DNA of 64,000 bases from Planctomycetota bacterium (GTDB lineage: Bacteria; Planctomycetota; UBA11346), in contig JBBRLJ010000028.1 in the NCBI GenBank assembly GCA_038231435.1, positions 13,765-77,764 on the forward strand, read 5' to 3'. The translations under genes and the position numbers were made by a program. The notes under the pieces are model-generated. The model was not told the DNA's origin and searched no databases. It was given only the letters and a program-made list of their open reading frames with translations. Position 1 is the stretch's first letter, and every line of letters begins with the position of its first letter. Of this stretch, positions 1 to 11,110 are shown piece by piece.

Positions 1-1558
1 CGTAAGTCGACCCGTGCACCTGCGCATCGCGACATCGTTCATCGATGCGCGGCAGGCTGCGCTCACGTTCGCGCGCGAAGTCTCGGGCCGTGGCATCGAC
101 GAGCTCGAGTCCGAGGCGCGCTCGGCATGGAATGGCCTGCTCGGCCGCGTCCGCCTCGACGGCGCCGACGAGCGCCAGCGCGCCACCTTCTATTCCTGCC
201 TGTACCGCTGCCTGCTCTTCCCGCGCGTGATGCATGAACCGGACGAGATGGGCGCGCTCCGGCACTACAGTCCGTACGATGGCAAGGTGCACCCAGGCGA
301 GATGGTGACCGACAACGGCTTCTGGGACACCTTCAGGACGGTCTATCCGCTGCTATCGGTGCTCTACCCCGACCATCTGCGGGGCATCCTCGCTGGCTGG
401 ATGAACGCTTACCGCGAGGGCGGCTGGTTCCCCAAGTGGGCGAGCCCCGGGTATCGCAACGTGATGATCGGCACCCACTCCGATGCGGTGTTCGCCGATG
501 CCGCGGTGAAGGGCATCGGCGGATTCGATCTCGACGAGGCCTACGCCGGCTTGATCAAGAACGCCACCGTGCCCGGTGATCCAGAGGGACATTGGGGCCG
601 CAAGGGGCTTGCGCATTACCTCGAGAAGGGCTGGGTCGCAGCGGAACAGGTCGAGGGCGCCTGCGCTCGGACCCAGGAGTTCGCCTACGGAGATTTCTGC
701 GTGGCCCAGGTCGCAGCGCTGGTCGGCGCGACCGATGCGGCCACGATGCTGCGCGATCGTTCGGGCAACTGGCGGCATTGCTGGGATCCCGAGGCCGGCT
801 TCATGCGCGGACGCGACGCCGACGGCTCCTGGACGAAGCCATGGAGCGAATTCCGTTGGGGCGGGGAGTACGTCGAGGGAGGCCCGTGGCAGTGGTCGTG
901 GGCAGTGCCGCACGATGCCGCCGGCCTGATCGCGGCGCATGGCGGCGACCAGACCTTCGTCGAGCGGCTCGATCTCATGCTCGCGACGCCGCCGCGCTTC
1001 GAGATCGGCACCTACCCGTACGAGATCCACGAGATGACCGAGATGGCGGCCGCCGACTTCGGACAATACGCGCACTCGAACCAACCGGTCCACCACGTGC
1101 TGTACCTGTATCCGCATGCCGGCCGGCCGGATAGGCTGCAGTACTGGGCGCGGCGCATCTGCGCCGAACTCTATGGCCCCGGTCCCGACGGTTTTCCCGG
1201 CGACGAGGACAATGGCGAGATGTCGGCCTGGTACGTCATGAGTTCGCTGGGCTTCTTTCCACTGTGCCCCGGCCATCCCAGCTACGTGCTCGGCAGCCCG
1301 CTGTTCCCTCGCGCCGAACTACGCATTCCCGGCGCCGAGCGCCCCCTCGTGATCGAGGCCGTAGGCCAACGGGCCGATGCACCATACATCCAGTCCGCGA
1401 ACCTGGATGGTCTGCCGTACGATCGCTGCTGGATCCCGCACGACCTGTTCACCCGCGGCGGAACGCTGTCGTTCGTGATGGGTACCACGCCGTCCGCGTG
1501 GGGGAGCCGCCCGCAGGACCGACCGTTCTCATTCAGCGCCACTCAGCGCAGCCACTGA
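1..1558 (+). CDS. GH92 family alpha-1,2-mannosidase (N-terminus outside window)
   Basis: GH92-type motifs FYSCLYR, WDTFRT, MIGTHSD, GQYAHSNQP and GDEDNGEMSAWY; the ORF runs off the left edge. Confidence 0.92.
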   Translation, partial: VSRPVHLRIATSFIDARQAALTFAREVSGRGIDELESEARSAWNGLLGRVRLDGADERQRATFYSCLYRCLLFPRVMHEPDEMGALRHYSPYDGKVHPGEMVTDNGFWDTFRTVYPLLSVLYPDHLRGILAGWMNAYREGGWFPKWASPGYRNVMIGTHSDAVFADAAVKGIGGFDLDEAYAGLIKNATVPGDPEGHWGRKGLAHYLEKGWVAAEQVEGACARTQEFAYGDFCVAQVAALVGATDAATMLRDRSGNWRHCWDPEAGFMRGRDADGSWTKPWSEFRWGGEYVEGGPWQWSWAVPHDAAGLIAAHGGDQTFVERLDLMLATPPRFEIGTYPYEIHEMTEMAAADFGQYAHSNQPVHHVLYLYPHAGRPDRLQYWARRICAELYGPGPDGFPGDEDNGEMSAWYVMSSLGFFPLCPGHPSYVLGSPLFPRAELRIPGAERPLVIEAVGQRADAPYIQSANLDGLPYDRCWIPHDLFTRGGTLSFVMGTTPSAWGSRPQDRPFSFSATQRSH

Positions 1559-1606
1559 GTCAACGCGGTGGCATGCGCTGGGGATCGCACGCGCACGCTG
1601 CGAGAC

Positions 1607-1951
1607 CTACCCTCGCTTGCGCAGGTCCAGCCCGACCAGCACGGCCTCGGTGTTCGACATATCGCCGATGATCTTGCGCATGGGAGCCGGCAGGTGCCTG
1701 ACGAGGGTCGGAACCGCCAGGATCTGGGCTCCCTTCGCCAAACGCGGCTTCACCAGGAGGTCGATCACCTCGATCGAGTACAGGCCCGCCAGATGCTCGT
1801 CGCAGATCCTGCGCAGGTTCGCCAACGCCCGCACCGTCTTCGGAGTCTGTCCGGCGATGTAGAGCAGCATGTTCCACTGCAAGTTCTTCCGCTTCTTATG
1901 CGTATTCTTGAGGGGCCTCCGCTTGGCGGGCACGGCCTTCCTGGCGCTCAT
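1607..1951 (-). CDS. kaiB: KaiB-family protein
   Basis: [18 protein letters not shown]...IEVIDLL...[22 protein letters not shown] is the KaiB signature; overlaps the kaiC stop. Confidence 0.95.
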   Translation of the reverse strand: MSARKAVPAKRRPLKNTHKKRKNLQWNMLLYIAGQTPKTVRALANLRRICDEHLAGLYSIEVIDLLVKPRLAKGAQILAVPTLVRHLPAPMRKIIGDMSNTEAVLVGLDLRKRG

Positions 1952-3720
1952 CGGCTCTCCTTCCGGGCGAGCCGCCGATTGCGTCTCACCGAGCGCAGCG
2001 TATCGGCGGTGCGCATGGCCGCGATGCGCTGCCGTGTCGAATCATCGTCGGCCATCCGCTCATCGCTGGCCTTCTGTGCCTGGAGCATCTCGGCACTGTC
2101 CGACTCGAGGCTCGCCTGGAGGACGCGGATCTGGGCTTCGGTGGCCAGGCGCTTGTGCTCGATGGCGCGACGGCGCTTCTCGAATTCTTGGGTCAGGCCG
2201 CGCTTATCCTGCCCCTCCCGTGCGCCGCGATCCACGCGGGCTGAACCCATCAGCACTCCCGACGAGCCCAGGTACACATCCACGAGTTCGATGCCCTTGT
2301 CGTTCATGATGAATTCCCGGACCTGGTTGGAGTGGCGCATGCCGCGCGACTTGACGATCATCAAGCCGCGATTCCGCTCGCCGTCGTGCTCGTACGTGCG
2401 CACCATCATCCAGGTGTCCATCAACGAGGATATGGTGGTCTCGGTCAATTCGAGAGCGCTGCCGCCGAAGGTGAGACTGGTGAAGATGCCGGTGATCTCC
2501 TGGTGCTTGAGCATATCGATCAGGCGGGTCAGCATCGACTTGACCTCGGTCGTCGTCCCCGCGGCGATGAAGTTCGAGATCGGATCGAGGATGACGAGCT
2601 CCGGTTTGAATTCGCGTATGGCGTTGGCCATCGTCACCAGGTGCATCTCCAGCCCATGGAGCGAAGAGCGCGACGCCAGGATGCGGAGCGTTCCGTTCTG
2701 CAGGAAGGGAGCCATGTCGTTGCCGATCGAACGCATGTTGCGGACGATCTGGTCGCGGGACTCCTCGAAGGCGAAGTACAGGCACCGTTCGCCGCGTCGG
2801 CAGGCGGCCGAGGCCATCCAAGCGGACAAGGTGCTCTTGCCGGTGCCGGCCGTACCGGAAATGAGGATGCTGCTGCCCTTGAAATACCCCCTGTCGCCGA
2901 ATATCGTATCGAGGCGCTCGATTCCAGTGGATCGACGCTCCGAAGACGCTCCGTGATCCAGCCCGATACCGATCGGGAACACCGAGAACCCGCGATCATC
3001 GATGAGGAATGGGAACTCATTGGTCGCGTGCGAGGATCCGCGATATTTGACGACCCGCAGGCGGCGCGTGGTGATCTCATCCAGCACCTGGTGATCGAGC
3101 AGCACCACGCAATCGGACACGTACTCTTCGATACCGTAGCGGGTCAGGGCTCCTTGGCCCCGCTCCGCGGTGATCAAGGTGGTGATGCCGCGATCCTTCA
3201 GCCAACGGAAGAGGCGGCGCAATTCGGCGCGCAGGATCGCCTCGTTCGGCAGCGAGGCGAACAGCACCTCGAGGGTATCCAGCACCAGGCGCTTGGCGCC
3301 GATCTGGTCGATCGCCGCGCCCAGCCGCACGAACAGTCCATCCAGGTCGTATTCGCCTCCGTCGATGACCTCGCTGCGGTCGAGATAGACATGCTCAACG
3401 AGCATCTTCTTCTTGCTGACCAGCGACGAGATGTCGTGGCCGATCGACGCGAGATTCATCGCCAGTTCCTCGGCGGTCTCCTCGAAGGTGAAATAGACGA
3501 CCGGTTCATTCAATTCCCTCGCCGCATACGCGAGGAAGTGCATCGCGAACAGGGTTTTCCCCGTACCGGCGGAACCGCAGATCAGCGAGCATCGACCCTT
3601 GGGCAGACCGCCGCCGGTGATCTCGTCGAATCCTGGAACGCCGGTGAGGGCCTTGCGCAGGATGCCGGTAGGGGCTTTGCGCAGCGGGGACGGCAAGGCT
3701 AACTTCCGGCGAGTGACCAT
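1948..3720 (-). CDS. kaiC: KaiC circadian-clock-family double RecA ATPase
   Basis: Two P-loops ([16 protein letters not shown]), [32 protein letters not shown]; start placed at ATG 3720. Confidence 0.95.
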   Translation of the reverse strand: MVTRRKLALPSPLRKAPTGILRKALTGVPGFDEITGGGLPKGRCSLICGSAGTGKTLFAMHFLAYAARELNEPVVYFTFEETAEELAMNLASIGHDISSLVSKKKMLVEHVYLDRSEVIDGGEYDLDGLFVRLGAAIDQIGAKRLVLDTLEVLFASLPNEAILRAELRRLFRWLKDRGITTLITAERGQGALTRYGIEEYVSDCVVLLDHQVLDEITTRRLRVVKYRGSSHATNEFPFLIDDRGFSVFPIGIGLDHGASSERRSTGIERLDTIFGDRGYFKGSSILISGTAGTGKSTLSAWMASAACRRGERCLYFAFEESRDQIVRNMRSIGNDMAPFLQNGTLRILASRSSLHGLEMHLVTMANAIREFKPELVILDPISNFIAAGTTTEVKSMLTRLIDMLKHQEITGIFTSLTFGGSALELTETTISSLMDTWMMVRTYEHDGERNRGLMIVKSRGMRHSNQVREFIMNDKGIELVDVYLGSSGVLMGSARVDRGAREGQDKRGLTQEFEKRRRAIEHKRLATEAQIRVLQASLESDSAEMLQAQKASDERMADDDSTRQRIAAMRTADTLRSVRRNRRLARKESR

Positions 3721-3984
3721 GTGGACAGGCTCCGATTCCCCACACCTTTCAAACCGGGGTGCTGACGGGATAAGGAAAAAGGCAGAAGCTTGCGGCATTC
3801 CGCAGATCCAAGCCTGCGCGCAGGCTCTTTCAGGTGCTTGAACGGCGATTGAAGACGAAGCCGCCGAGAAGTAACAGGCGCAGTTGCACCATCGGCCCCA
3901 ATACCTGGTCTTGTCATCGACCGGGTGTCCAAGGTCCTTTGCAAGCCGTGCCGGTACGGTAGCGCGCTTCTGTAGCCTCTCACC

Positions 3985-4497
3985 ATGTCTGAGCTGCGCG
4001 TGCTGGTTATCGACGACAATCCCGGAGATGTGACGTTGCTGAGGGAAGCATTCATCGAGAACCACATCCCGTTGGATCTGCTGGTCGCCGAGAACGCCAT
4101 CCAAGCCTACACGATGATGCGTGATATTCCCGAATCACAGGCTCCAGACCTCATCCTCATCGACCTCAATCTTCCCATCATCAAAGGCCAAACCGTGCTG
4201 CGAGAATTGCGCGATTTCCATCCCTGGCGCAGATCGCGCAGGCTGGTGTTCAGCTCTTCGGCCGCCAGTTATGAGATCGACGAATGCATGCGGCTCGGGG
4301 CCCACGGGTATCTGGTCAAGCCGGCGCACTTCGCCGGCTACATCGAACTGGCGCGGCGCCTACGAGGCATGCGCCCGACCAGCGGATCGACCGCGAGACT
4401 TCGCACGGAAGCGTCCGTGAGCACGAAGCGGCCCGCCACGTCGCGGCGTATCCGTGCGACCAACGTCTCCGCCCAGTTCCGACACAACACACCCTGA
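3985..4497 (+). CDS. Single-domain response regulator (Rcp1/CheY-like)
   Basis: VIDDNPGD, LILIDLNLP, FSSS and YLVKP receiver motifs. Confidence 0.85.
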   Translation: MSELRVLVIDDNPGDVTLLREAFIENHIPLDLLVAENAIQAYTMMRDIPESQAPDLILIDLNLPIIKGQTVLRELRDFHPWRRSRRLVFSSSAASYEIDECMRLGAHGYLVKPAHFAGYIELARRLRGMRPTSGSTARLRTEASVSTKRPATSRRIRATNVSAQFRHNTP

Positions 4498-4535
4498 GCC
4501 TGCTTTCAGAACCCGGCCCGACCTTCGGAGATGAC

Positions 4536-5120
4536 ATGCCCGACACCACCCAGTCCCGCGTCCCGACGATCGTCTACGTCGAGGACAACGCAGGCGACGC
4601 GACCTTGTTGGAGGAGGCTCTTCGGGAACGGAAGTACGCCAGCCAATTGCTGATCCTCGCGACCGGAGAGAAAGCCCTCCACTATCTATCGGTCAGGGGA
4701 ACCGCAGAGGATCTGCCTCCGCCCCACTGCATCCTGCTCGATGCCCATCTACCGATCGTGACGGGAGCCCAGCTCCTGAGATACATCAGGGCAACGAAGA
4801 TCTACGACGACACGCCCGTGTACATCTTCGCGGCTGAATCCCAGTATCAGGATATCCTCCAGGCCGGCATCGTTTCGAAGGAAAGCTTCCTGACGAAAGG
4901 GAATTCGTGGGACGGGTTTCTGAGGCTCGCGGATCTGCTCATGCAGAGCGCGACGGCCAAACAGGATAACCAGATCGCGAACACGACCGATGCCATGCCT
5001 GAGGTCCATGCGGAAGGATCCCTGCGTCGTCAGGAGACCCAGGTACAGCGGGACCGCACCCAGCAGGGCCGTTCGCATGAACCAGCCACGGGGCGACAGA
5101 CGAGACGGCAAGTGCCGTAG
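4536..5120 (+). CDS. Response regulator receiver protein
   Basis: VYVEDNAGD, ILLDAHLP, FLTK; GGAG ribosome-binding site upstream of ATG 4536. Confidence 0.8.
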   Translation: MPDTTQSRVPTIVYVEDNAGDATLLEEALRERKYASQLLILATGEKALHYLSVRGTAEDLPPPHCILLDAHLPIVTGAQLLRYIRATKIYDDTPVYIFAAESQYQDILQAGIVSKESFLTKGNSWDGFLRLADLLMQSATAKQDNQIANTTDAMPEVHAEGSLRRQETQVQRDRTQQGRSHEPATGRQTRRQVP

Positions 5121-5199
5121 GATCCAGGCATCGCGCAGACGGGATTCGAGGCCGAACCGTTCGACGAACGCTCGCAACCTGACATGCACCGATTTCCGA

Positions 5200-6015
5200 T
5201 CACCAGGCTCGGGCGTGCGGCTCCCTCATCCTGCCAATGCGGTGGCAGTGGGGGGGCCGGGTGAGCGGAAGGGTGATGATGAATTCAGTCCCGTATCCGA
5301 TCCGGGTCTCGAATCGGAGACTGCCGCCATGATGCTTGACGATGATGTCCTGCGCGAGGTACAGACCCTGCCCGGTTCCCTGGCCGGCACCCTTGGTGGT
5401 GAAGAAGGGCTCGAAGATCCGCGAGCGCACGGCTTCTGGGATGCCGCCGCCGGTGTCGGCGATGCGGATCTCGGCGGCATCCTCGATGAGCCTGGTCGAA
5501 ATGGTGATGGTGCCGCGCCCACCCTTCTGCTCGATGCGATCGCGAATGGCGTGCGCCGCGTTGACGATCCGATTCAGGATGACCTGGTTGATCTCATCGA
5601 TCACGCACGGCACTGACGGCAGGCGCGCGTCGAAATCGGTCACCGCGTCCGCCACATGGTGGTATTCGGAACGGCTGATCTCGAGTGTGGCGACGATGGC
5701 CAGGTGCAGGTCGACGTCACGTGGCTCGCTGCCGCACGGATGGGTGAAGTGCTTCATGGCCCGGATGATCCCGGCGACGCGTCGCGCGCCCTCCAGCGAC
5801 TGCTTGACGGCCTTGGGGAATTCGCCGAGCACGAAATCGAGGTCGGCCTTGCGTTCGGCCGCTTCGATCAGCTCGATGGTTGCTTGCGAGGATCCCGGGG
5901 GCAGGTCAGCGCGCAGCCGCTGGTACGCCTCGACGATCGGCGCCAGGCTCTGGGCGCACTCATCTATGAAATGAAGATTGTCGCTGATGAACTGCATCGG
6001 GGTGTCCGCGAGGTG
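5200..6015 (-). pseudogene. Truncated sensor histidine kinase (NtrB-like DHp remnant plus HATPase)
   Basis: N/G1/F/G2 boxes (NQVILNRIVNAAHAI, DTGGGI, FEPFFTTK, GTGQGL); the H-box is degenerate (HLADTP where HEINTP is expected); no sensor domain. Confidence 0.7.
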
Positions 6016-6166
6016 TCTGGTCCTCGAGATCACGGTCAGGATCGTCTGCGACGACTCACTCCCGGGCGTGATCGGTATCGGACAAGGAAGCGCCGCCCAC
6101 CGCGACTCGCGCGCCGAGCCGGCATCACGCCGGCCAGCTGAGCGCGTGCCGGTGTCGCTGAACTGC

Positions 6167-8272
6167 CTACCGCCGCCGGTAGGCGCCGATGCCGAACAGG
6201 TAGAAGGCCGCCGCACCCCAGTTGTAGTCGCCGACGCCGCCCGGCGCGCCCTCGCCAGGGTCGGTATGCATGTTCTCGCGGAAGGTCGCGCCCGCCGACT
6301 GGCAGCCGATGACGCGCCGCGCCGCCTCCTCGGCCGCGTCGCCGTAGCCCTCGCGCGCGAGCATCTCGGTCAGCCAGAAGCTGATGTGGGGCCAGGCGCG
6401 GCCGCGCCAATAGCCGCCCGGCTCGTAGGTGGGCTCGTCGTAGGCCACCGAGGGGAAGGGGATCGGGCCGAAGAACTGCTTCGGGTCCAGCAGGACATCC
6501 TCGATCAACTCGCGCTTGGCCGCGCGTGGGATCGGTACGCCGCAGACGATCGGCCAGAGCATGTAGAAGGTGCGCGTGCGGCGATGCGAGCGGGTGTGGT
6601 GGTTGTAGTCCCAGAAGCGGCGCTCCGACGGCAGGTAGAGCACGCGCATCATCGCCTCGGCGATGGCGTCGGCGCGCTTGCGCCACGATGACGCCTCCAC
6701 CGCTCGGCCGCGGCGCTGCGCCAAGCGGCCGAGGATGGTCGCATCCTGGTAGAGGAACGAATTCAGGCTCACCGACGCCACCGGCGGCAGGAAGCTGTTC
6801 TTGCCGCTGGTGAACTGATCGTACATCGGCGAATCGTCGGCGGTCTGGCCGCCCCAGGTCCACTCCGCGAGGCCGTCGCGATCGCGGTCGGCGAACTCGC
6901 GCCAGTAGCGGTGGTTGGCTATCAGCTTCGGCCACATCGACGTGAGGTAGGCGGTGTCGGAGGCGGGAATGGCACCGCGCCGGTCGAGGTAGCGTTCGAC
7001 CGCCCACGAGGCGATCGGCGCTTGCGGGGCGGCGTAGACCTTGCGCTCGGGCACGGCCCAGTTCTTGCGGTCCTCGGGGCTGGCGCCGTCGCGCTCGAGC
7101 TGGTCGACGAAGACGCTACGGATCGCTCCGCGCGCGAATTCGGGATCGAAATCCGCGAGCGCGACACCGGTGAAGAGCGAATCCCAGAAGAAGGCGGTCG
7201 AGAATGGCCCACTCTGCACCCAGCACATCGAGGCCACGTCCTTGCCGAAGCGGCCATCGAGGCCGCGGATGCCCGTGCGCAGCAGGGCCCAGCGCGCGCG
7301 CATCAGCTTGGCGTCGACGGCCGGCGAGCCCGAACGCGGCGGGTGCGCGACATCGGCGTGCTCGGCGAACCACGCCTTCGCGCGCGCCAGCAGCACATCG
7401 ACGTCGGCTCGCGGCGGGCGCTTCGACGGCCAGTCGAAGCGCGGGCGCTGGTGCCAGGCGATCGAGAGTTCGGTAGAGAACTGGTAGGTCCGCGATTGGC
7501 CGGGTGCAAGGCGCAGCGGGCCGGAGACCAGGGCGAAGAAGCCGGGGGCATGAGCGTCCGGGAAGCTCTTCAGGGATGGTACGCCCGCGGCGCTCCACCA
7601 CGGCCGGGTCCCCAACCACGGCGTGATCTTGGCTGGCGCAGCGGTCGCAGCCACGGTCACCGCGCTCTGCGGCAAGTGCGGTGGACCGTCGACGACGTGG
7701 ATGCCTCCGCGGATGCCGGCGGGTAGCCGGCGCATGAAGGTCGCGCGCCGCGCGAACGAGGTATCGGGATAGATCGGATCCGGCTTGCCGCGGAACTGGT
7801 CGCCGGGGAAGAAGCCGATCCAGGCCGGCGAGATGGTGACCGCGATGCCGGTCGGGTTCGAGAAGCGGAACTCGCTGACGATGCGGCACTCATCGGCGAA
7901 GACGTGGCGCGCGCACACGTCGATAGCGCCAGCGTCGGTCAGCAACTGCGCGCGCTCGGTCACCATCCACGGCAGGACTTCAAGGTCCTGCCGCTGCACG
8001 GACACCGCGCGGTCGCCGTCGCGCACCCACAGCTGCGAGGTGGCGTCGGTGACCTGGAAGGTGAAGTCGCAGGAGCGCGGGAAGATCATGCCGAGGCCGA
8101 GGGCATGGCCGGAGGGGAAATTCGTCGCCAGCGAGGCGAAGCGATCCACGAAGGGCACCGACCAGGCGTCGGGGACGATCTGGTTTCGCAGCATCGGCGC
8201 CCAGTCATCGGCGCGCGCCTGGCTCGGCTCGATCGCTCTGCGGGTACGGTCTCGACGGTCGCGGTTGATCAT
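6167..8272 (-). CDS. GH63/MGH1-like (alpha/alpha)6 glycoside hydrolase
   Basis: FFWDS, DRDRDGL, DDSPMYD, YWRGRAWP, FREN and YNWGAA motifs. Confidence 0.8.
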   Translation of the reverse strand: MINRDRRDRTRRAIEPSQARADDWAPMLRNQIVPDAWSVPFVDRFASLATNFPSGHALGLGMIFPRSCDFTFQVTDATSQLWVRDGDRAVSVQRQDLEVLPWMVTERAQLLTDAGAIDVCARHVFADECRIVSEFRFSNPTGIAVTISPAWIGFFPGDQFRGKPDPIYPDTSFARRATFMRRLPAGIRGGIHVVDGPPHLPQSAVTVAATAAPAKITPWLGTRPWWSAAGVPSLKSFPDAHAPGFFALVSGPLRLAPGQSRTYQFSTELSIAWHQRPRFDWPSKRPPRADVDVLLARAKAWFAEHADVAHPPRSGSPAVDAKLMRARWALLRTGIRGLDGRFGKDVASMCWVQSGPFSTAFFWDSLFTGVALADFDPEFARGAIRSVFVDQLERDGASPEDRKNWAVPERKVYAAPQAPIASWAVERYLDRRGAIPASDTAYLTSMWPKLIANHRYWREFADRDRDGLAEWTWGGQTADDSPMYDQFTSGKNSFLPPVASVSLNSFLYQDATILGRLAQRRGRAVEASSWRKRADAIAEAMMRVLYLPSERRFWDYNHHTRSHRRTRTFYMLWPIVCGVPIPRAAKRELIEDVLLDPKQFFGPIPFPSVAYDEPTYEPGGYWRGRAWPHISFWLTEMLAREGYGDAAEEAARRVIGCQSAGATFRENMHTDPGEGAPGGVGDYNWGAAAFYLFGIGAYRRR

Positions 8273-8420
8273 GGGGTCCTCGCGCTATCGGCGCTGCCCC
8301 GCATCCTCCATCATCAGTCCGCGACTGTACATTGGGACATCAGGCGGAGCGGACTCGCCGATCGTTGCGCTGGCGCACTGGTGCCGAGGCCATGGTTTAC
8401 TGCCAGATGCCCGAATCGGG

Positions 8421-8508
8421 TCCGGACAGAAAATCCCAGGACAGACATCTCCCAGAAAAATCACAGAAATCCCAAAAATCCCCGAAAATCCCAGGACAGA
8501 CATCTCCC
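8421..8508. repeat. Direct repeat AAAATCCCAGGACAGACATCTCCC x2 (left flank of RAYT-like element)
   Basis: Identical 24-mers at 8430-8453 and 8485-8508, with AAATCC(C) subrepeats between them. Confidence 0.85.
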
Positions 8509-8678
8509 TGACCCACCACCAAACTACTCACCCCTCAGCCTCCCTGAGGCATGAACTTCCGGCTCAGCTCTGCTCTGCCGCAGCATTCGAACTCGACAAC
8601 GACCCTCTCTGATCCACCAGATCGCCAGAATTTTGAGCTCGGGCGACGGCGATCCGATCCGTCATGTCCTGATCTCCG

Positions 8679-9719
8679 CTAACCGACCGCCGCTTCCCCA
8701 TCTGTCGGATGCACTCGTGAGCGGTCAACGATCCATTTCACCCCGCGCCGCACCGCTTCCTTCGCTCGCGCCAGGGCACAGCCGATCGCCGACCCTCCGA
8801 AGCGGCCACCCATCGACATCGCGTCCCTCCATCGCCCGAGATCGAGTTCCAGGCGGGCAAGGATCGGCGACAGGTACGTCGGGATCGCTCCTCGTTTCCC
8901 GATCCGCACGATCCGCCCCGTCTGGTCGACCAATTCCAGGTAGTCGTCGGTCGAGAGTGGGCACGGGCACAGCCGGCTCGTCTTGTCGGACCAGGGCGTG
9001 CACGCCTCGAGCGGAGCCAGCCATGATTGGACCAGCGGTGGATCTGCTGGCGTCGGGATCGCTCCGCTATCGACGAGACGCGCGCCGGCCTTCGCCATCT
9101 GACGCTCCTCGATGCGTCGCTGAATGCTCGTCAACTCGCTCGATTCGGGACGATCGGCTTGCCGCGCTCGGATCAGATTGAGATCCACGTATGCCATGCA
9201 GGCGATCACCGCCGCCTGATCGAGCAGCGACACCGACGTGAAGCGCCCTTCCCAGAAATGGCCGGTGCAACGGTCCTCGCGATTCGCCCGCCGGGCGATG
9301 CGCTCCTTCATCACCTTCATGAACCACGACAGACTCGACAGGCGGGCCCGATGCTCAGAGACCCATTCCGCATCCGCCGCCTTGCCGTCGAGCCAGCGCA
9401 GATCCGGTGGCTTCGGATTCCCGTCGTCGTCCTTCAGCGGGAACATGACCGCCCAGCGCTCGGCCACCTCGCGACCGGACCACCTCGCGGCGCGGTCGGG
9501 ATGGACCTTCATCACCAGGTGGAAGTGATTCGACATCACCGCGTAGGCGAAGATATCGACGGCGAATACCGTCGCCTGCTCGCGAACGGCTGTTTCGATC
9601 CAATCTCGACGATGCGCCCATTGATCACTGCAGAGGAAGGAGCGACGGACGCAGCGGCTGATGACGTGATAGCAGCCAGGTTGCGTCTGGTCGATCAGAT
9701 GCGAGCGGGCAGTCGTCAT
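8679..9719 (-). mobile_element. REP-associated tyrosine (HUH/Y1) transposase, RAYT-like
   Basis: YHVISRCVRR, YAVMSNHFHLV (HUH), GHFWEGRF, ACMAYVDLN. Confidence 0.9.
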
Positions 9720-9763
9720 GAGCACGGGATACGGGATGGATTATGAGATTGGCGTGAGAACAC

Positions 9764-9781
9764 ATGCCTGTCCTAGGATTT
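9764..9781. repeat. Inverted copy of the RAYT flank motif (ATGCCTGTCCTAGGATTT)
   Basis: Its reverse complement matches AAATCCCAGGACAGACAT at 16 of 18 positions. Confidence 0.7.
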
Positions 9782-10730
9782 GTGTGCCGAGCGATTCATC
9801 GCCGTTCAGGACGGGCAGGTGAAGGTGACGACGATCCAGAAGTACCACTGCCACATTGGCTACTGGTTCACGGTCATCACACCGGGGTCGTCGCCGGCGA
9901 GCCTGACAGCCGAGAGCTTGCAGCTGGCCAGGAATGCACTGGTCAAGCGCATGTCGCCCGTGACGGCGAACTGCGCGCTCTCGACCCTCAAGCGGATCCT
10001 GAACTTCGCCTTCTTGGAGGGCTGGCTGACCTCGTCACCGTGGAAGCGGGTAAAGAGCCTCCCAGAGCCCGACTTCACGTCGAGCTGGTGGACGCCGGAA
10101 GAGGTGGCGGTGGCCCTGCGAGTCGCAGGGCAAAACCAACACCAGCCCACGGCCACCCTGATGATCGTGCTCGGCTGCATGCTGGGGCTGCGCAAGGATG
10201 AGATGGTCAACCTCCGCTGGCAGGACCTGCTGCTGGACCGGCAGGACGAGGCGACTGGAGAGCCACGGCCGGTCTGCCATATCCGCTGTGATGCGGAGTG
10301 GCGGCCCAAGTCGGGGAAGGCGCGAGACCTCCCGATCCCACCGCAGGCACGTGGCATCCTGCTTCCGCACCGCAAGGCTTCCGGCTACGTCCTAGTGGAG
10401 GAGCGGCGGGTGGCGAAGCGGGGCGGCACCAAACGGGTGTACCGATATGACCCGGACCGGGTTTGGGATCGGATCCGGTCCAAGTGCATCGCTGCAGGCG
10501 CGAAGCGCATCCGTTTCCACGACATGCGGCATTCGTATGCGTCCATCTTGCTCGACCAAGGCTTCAGTGCCGAGAAGGTCGCCCGATGGCTCGGGCACTC
10601 GGACACGCGCATGGTCTTCGGGGTCTATGGGCATCTGCTCGCATACGACGAGCAGATTGAGGGCGTAAAGTTCACGCGCAGCGCGCAGCCTGACGACAAG
10701 CATCTCCTGCGCTTCCCGACTCGCAGCTGA
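9780..10730 (+). pseudogene. Tyrosine recombinase/phage-type integrase, probably 5'-truncated
   Basis: GLRKDE (R), KSGK (K), FHDMRHSYAS (HxxR), LGHS, VY; no ribosome-binding site, and the frame starts at the RAYT flank repeat; points toward the 3' end of tRNA-Asp. Confidence 0.75.
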
Positions 10731-10806
10731 TACAACTTGCCATGAACGACGTCGTTTGCCGTCCGGAGATCCCGGGCGGCGAACGCGTTTTCTTTACCTA
10801 TGAGGC

Positions 10807-10870
10807 GTTCGCCCGGATGGGCGAACAAAGGGCGAAAATGGGCGAACAACGCTGTTAACTTGTTCGCCCA
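10807..10870. repeat. Clustered TGGGCGAACAA repeats (putative integrase arm-type sites)
   Basis: Direct copies at 10818, 10830 (variant) and 10839; inverted copies at 10860 and, partially, 10807. Confidence 0.65.
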
Positions 10871-10871
10871 C

Positions 10872-10911
10872 AAAAAAGAGGTCGCGGTAACTTGCGCTAC
10901 CGCGACCCTTT
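10872..10911 (-). terminator. Rho-independent terminator of the tRNA operon
   Basis: GGTCGCGGTA/TACCGCGACC stem followed by a T-run on the minus strand. Confidence 0.8.
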
Positions 10912-10914
10912 AGA

Positions 10915-10991
10915 TGGCGACCTGGATGGGACTTGAACCCACGACCTCCGCCGTGACAAGGCGGCGCTCTAACCAACTGAGCTACCAGGCC
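10915..10991 (-). tRNA. tRNA-Asp(GTC)
   Basis: Cloverleaf with anticodon arm CCGCC-TTGTCAC-GGCGG, GGTTCAAGTCC T-arm and 3' CCA. Confidence 0.97.
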
Positions 10992-11033
10992 ATGATGTGA
11001 AAGAGACCTGAGCCGATCCGAATGTCGACGCCC

Positions 11034-11110
11034 TGGTAGGCGATGAGGGATTCGAACCCCCGACATCCTCCGTGTAAAGGAGGCGCTCTAGCCGACTGAG
11101 CTAATCGCCC
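11034..11110 (-). tRNA. tRNA-Val(TAC)
   Basis: Anticodon arm CCTCC-TTTACAC-GGAGG, GGTTCGAATCC and 3' CCA. Confidence 0.97.
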
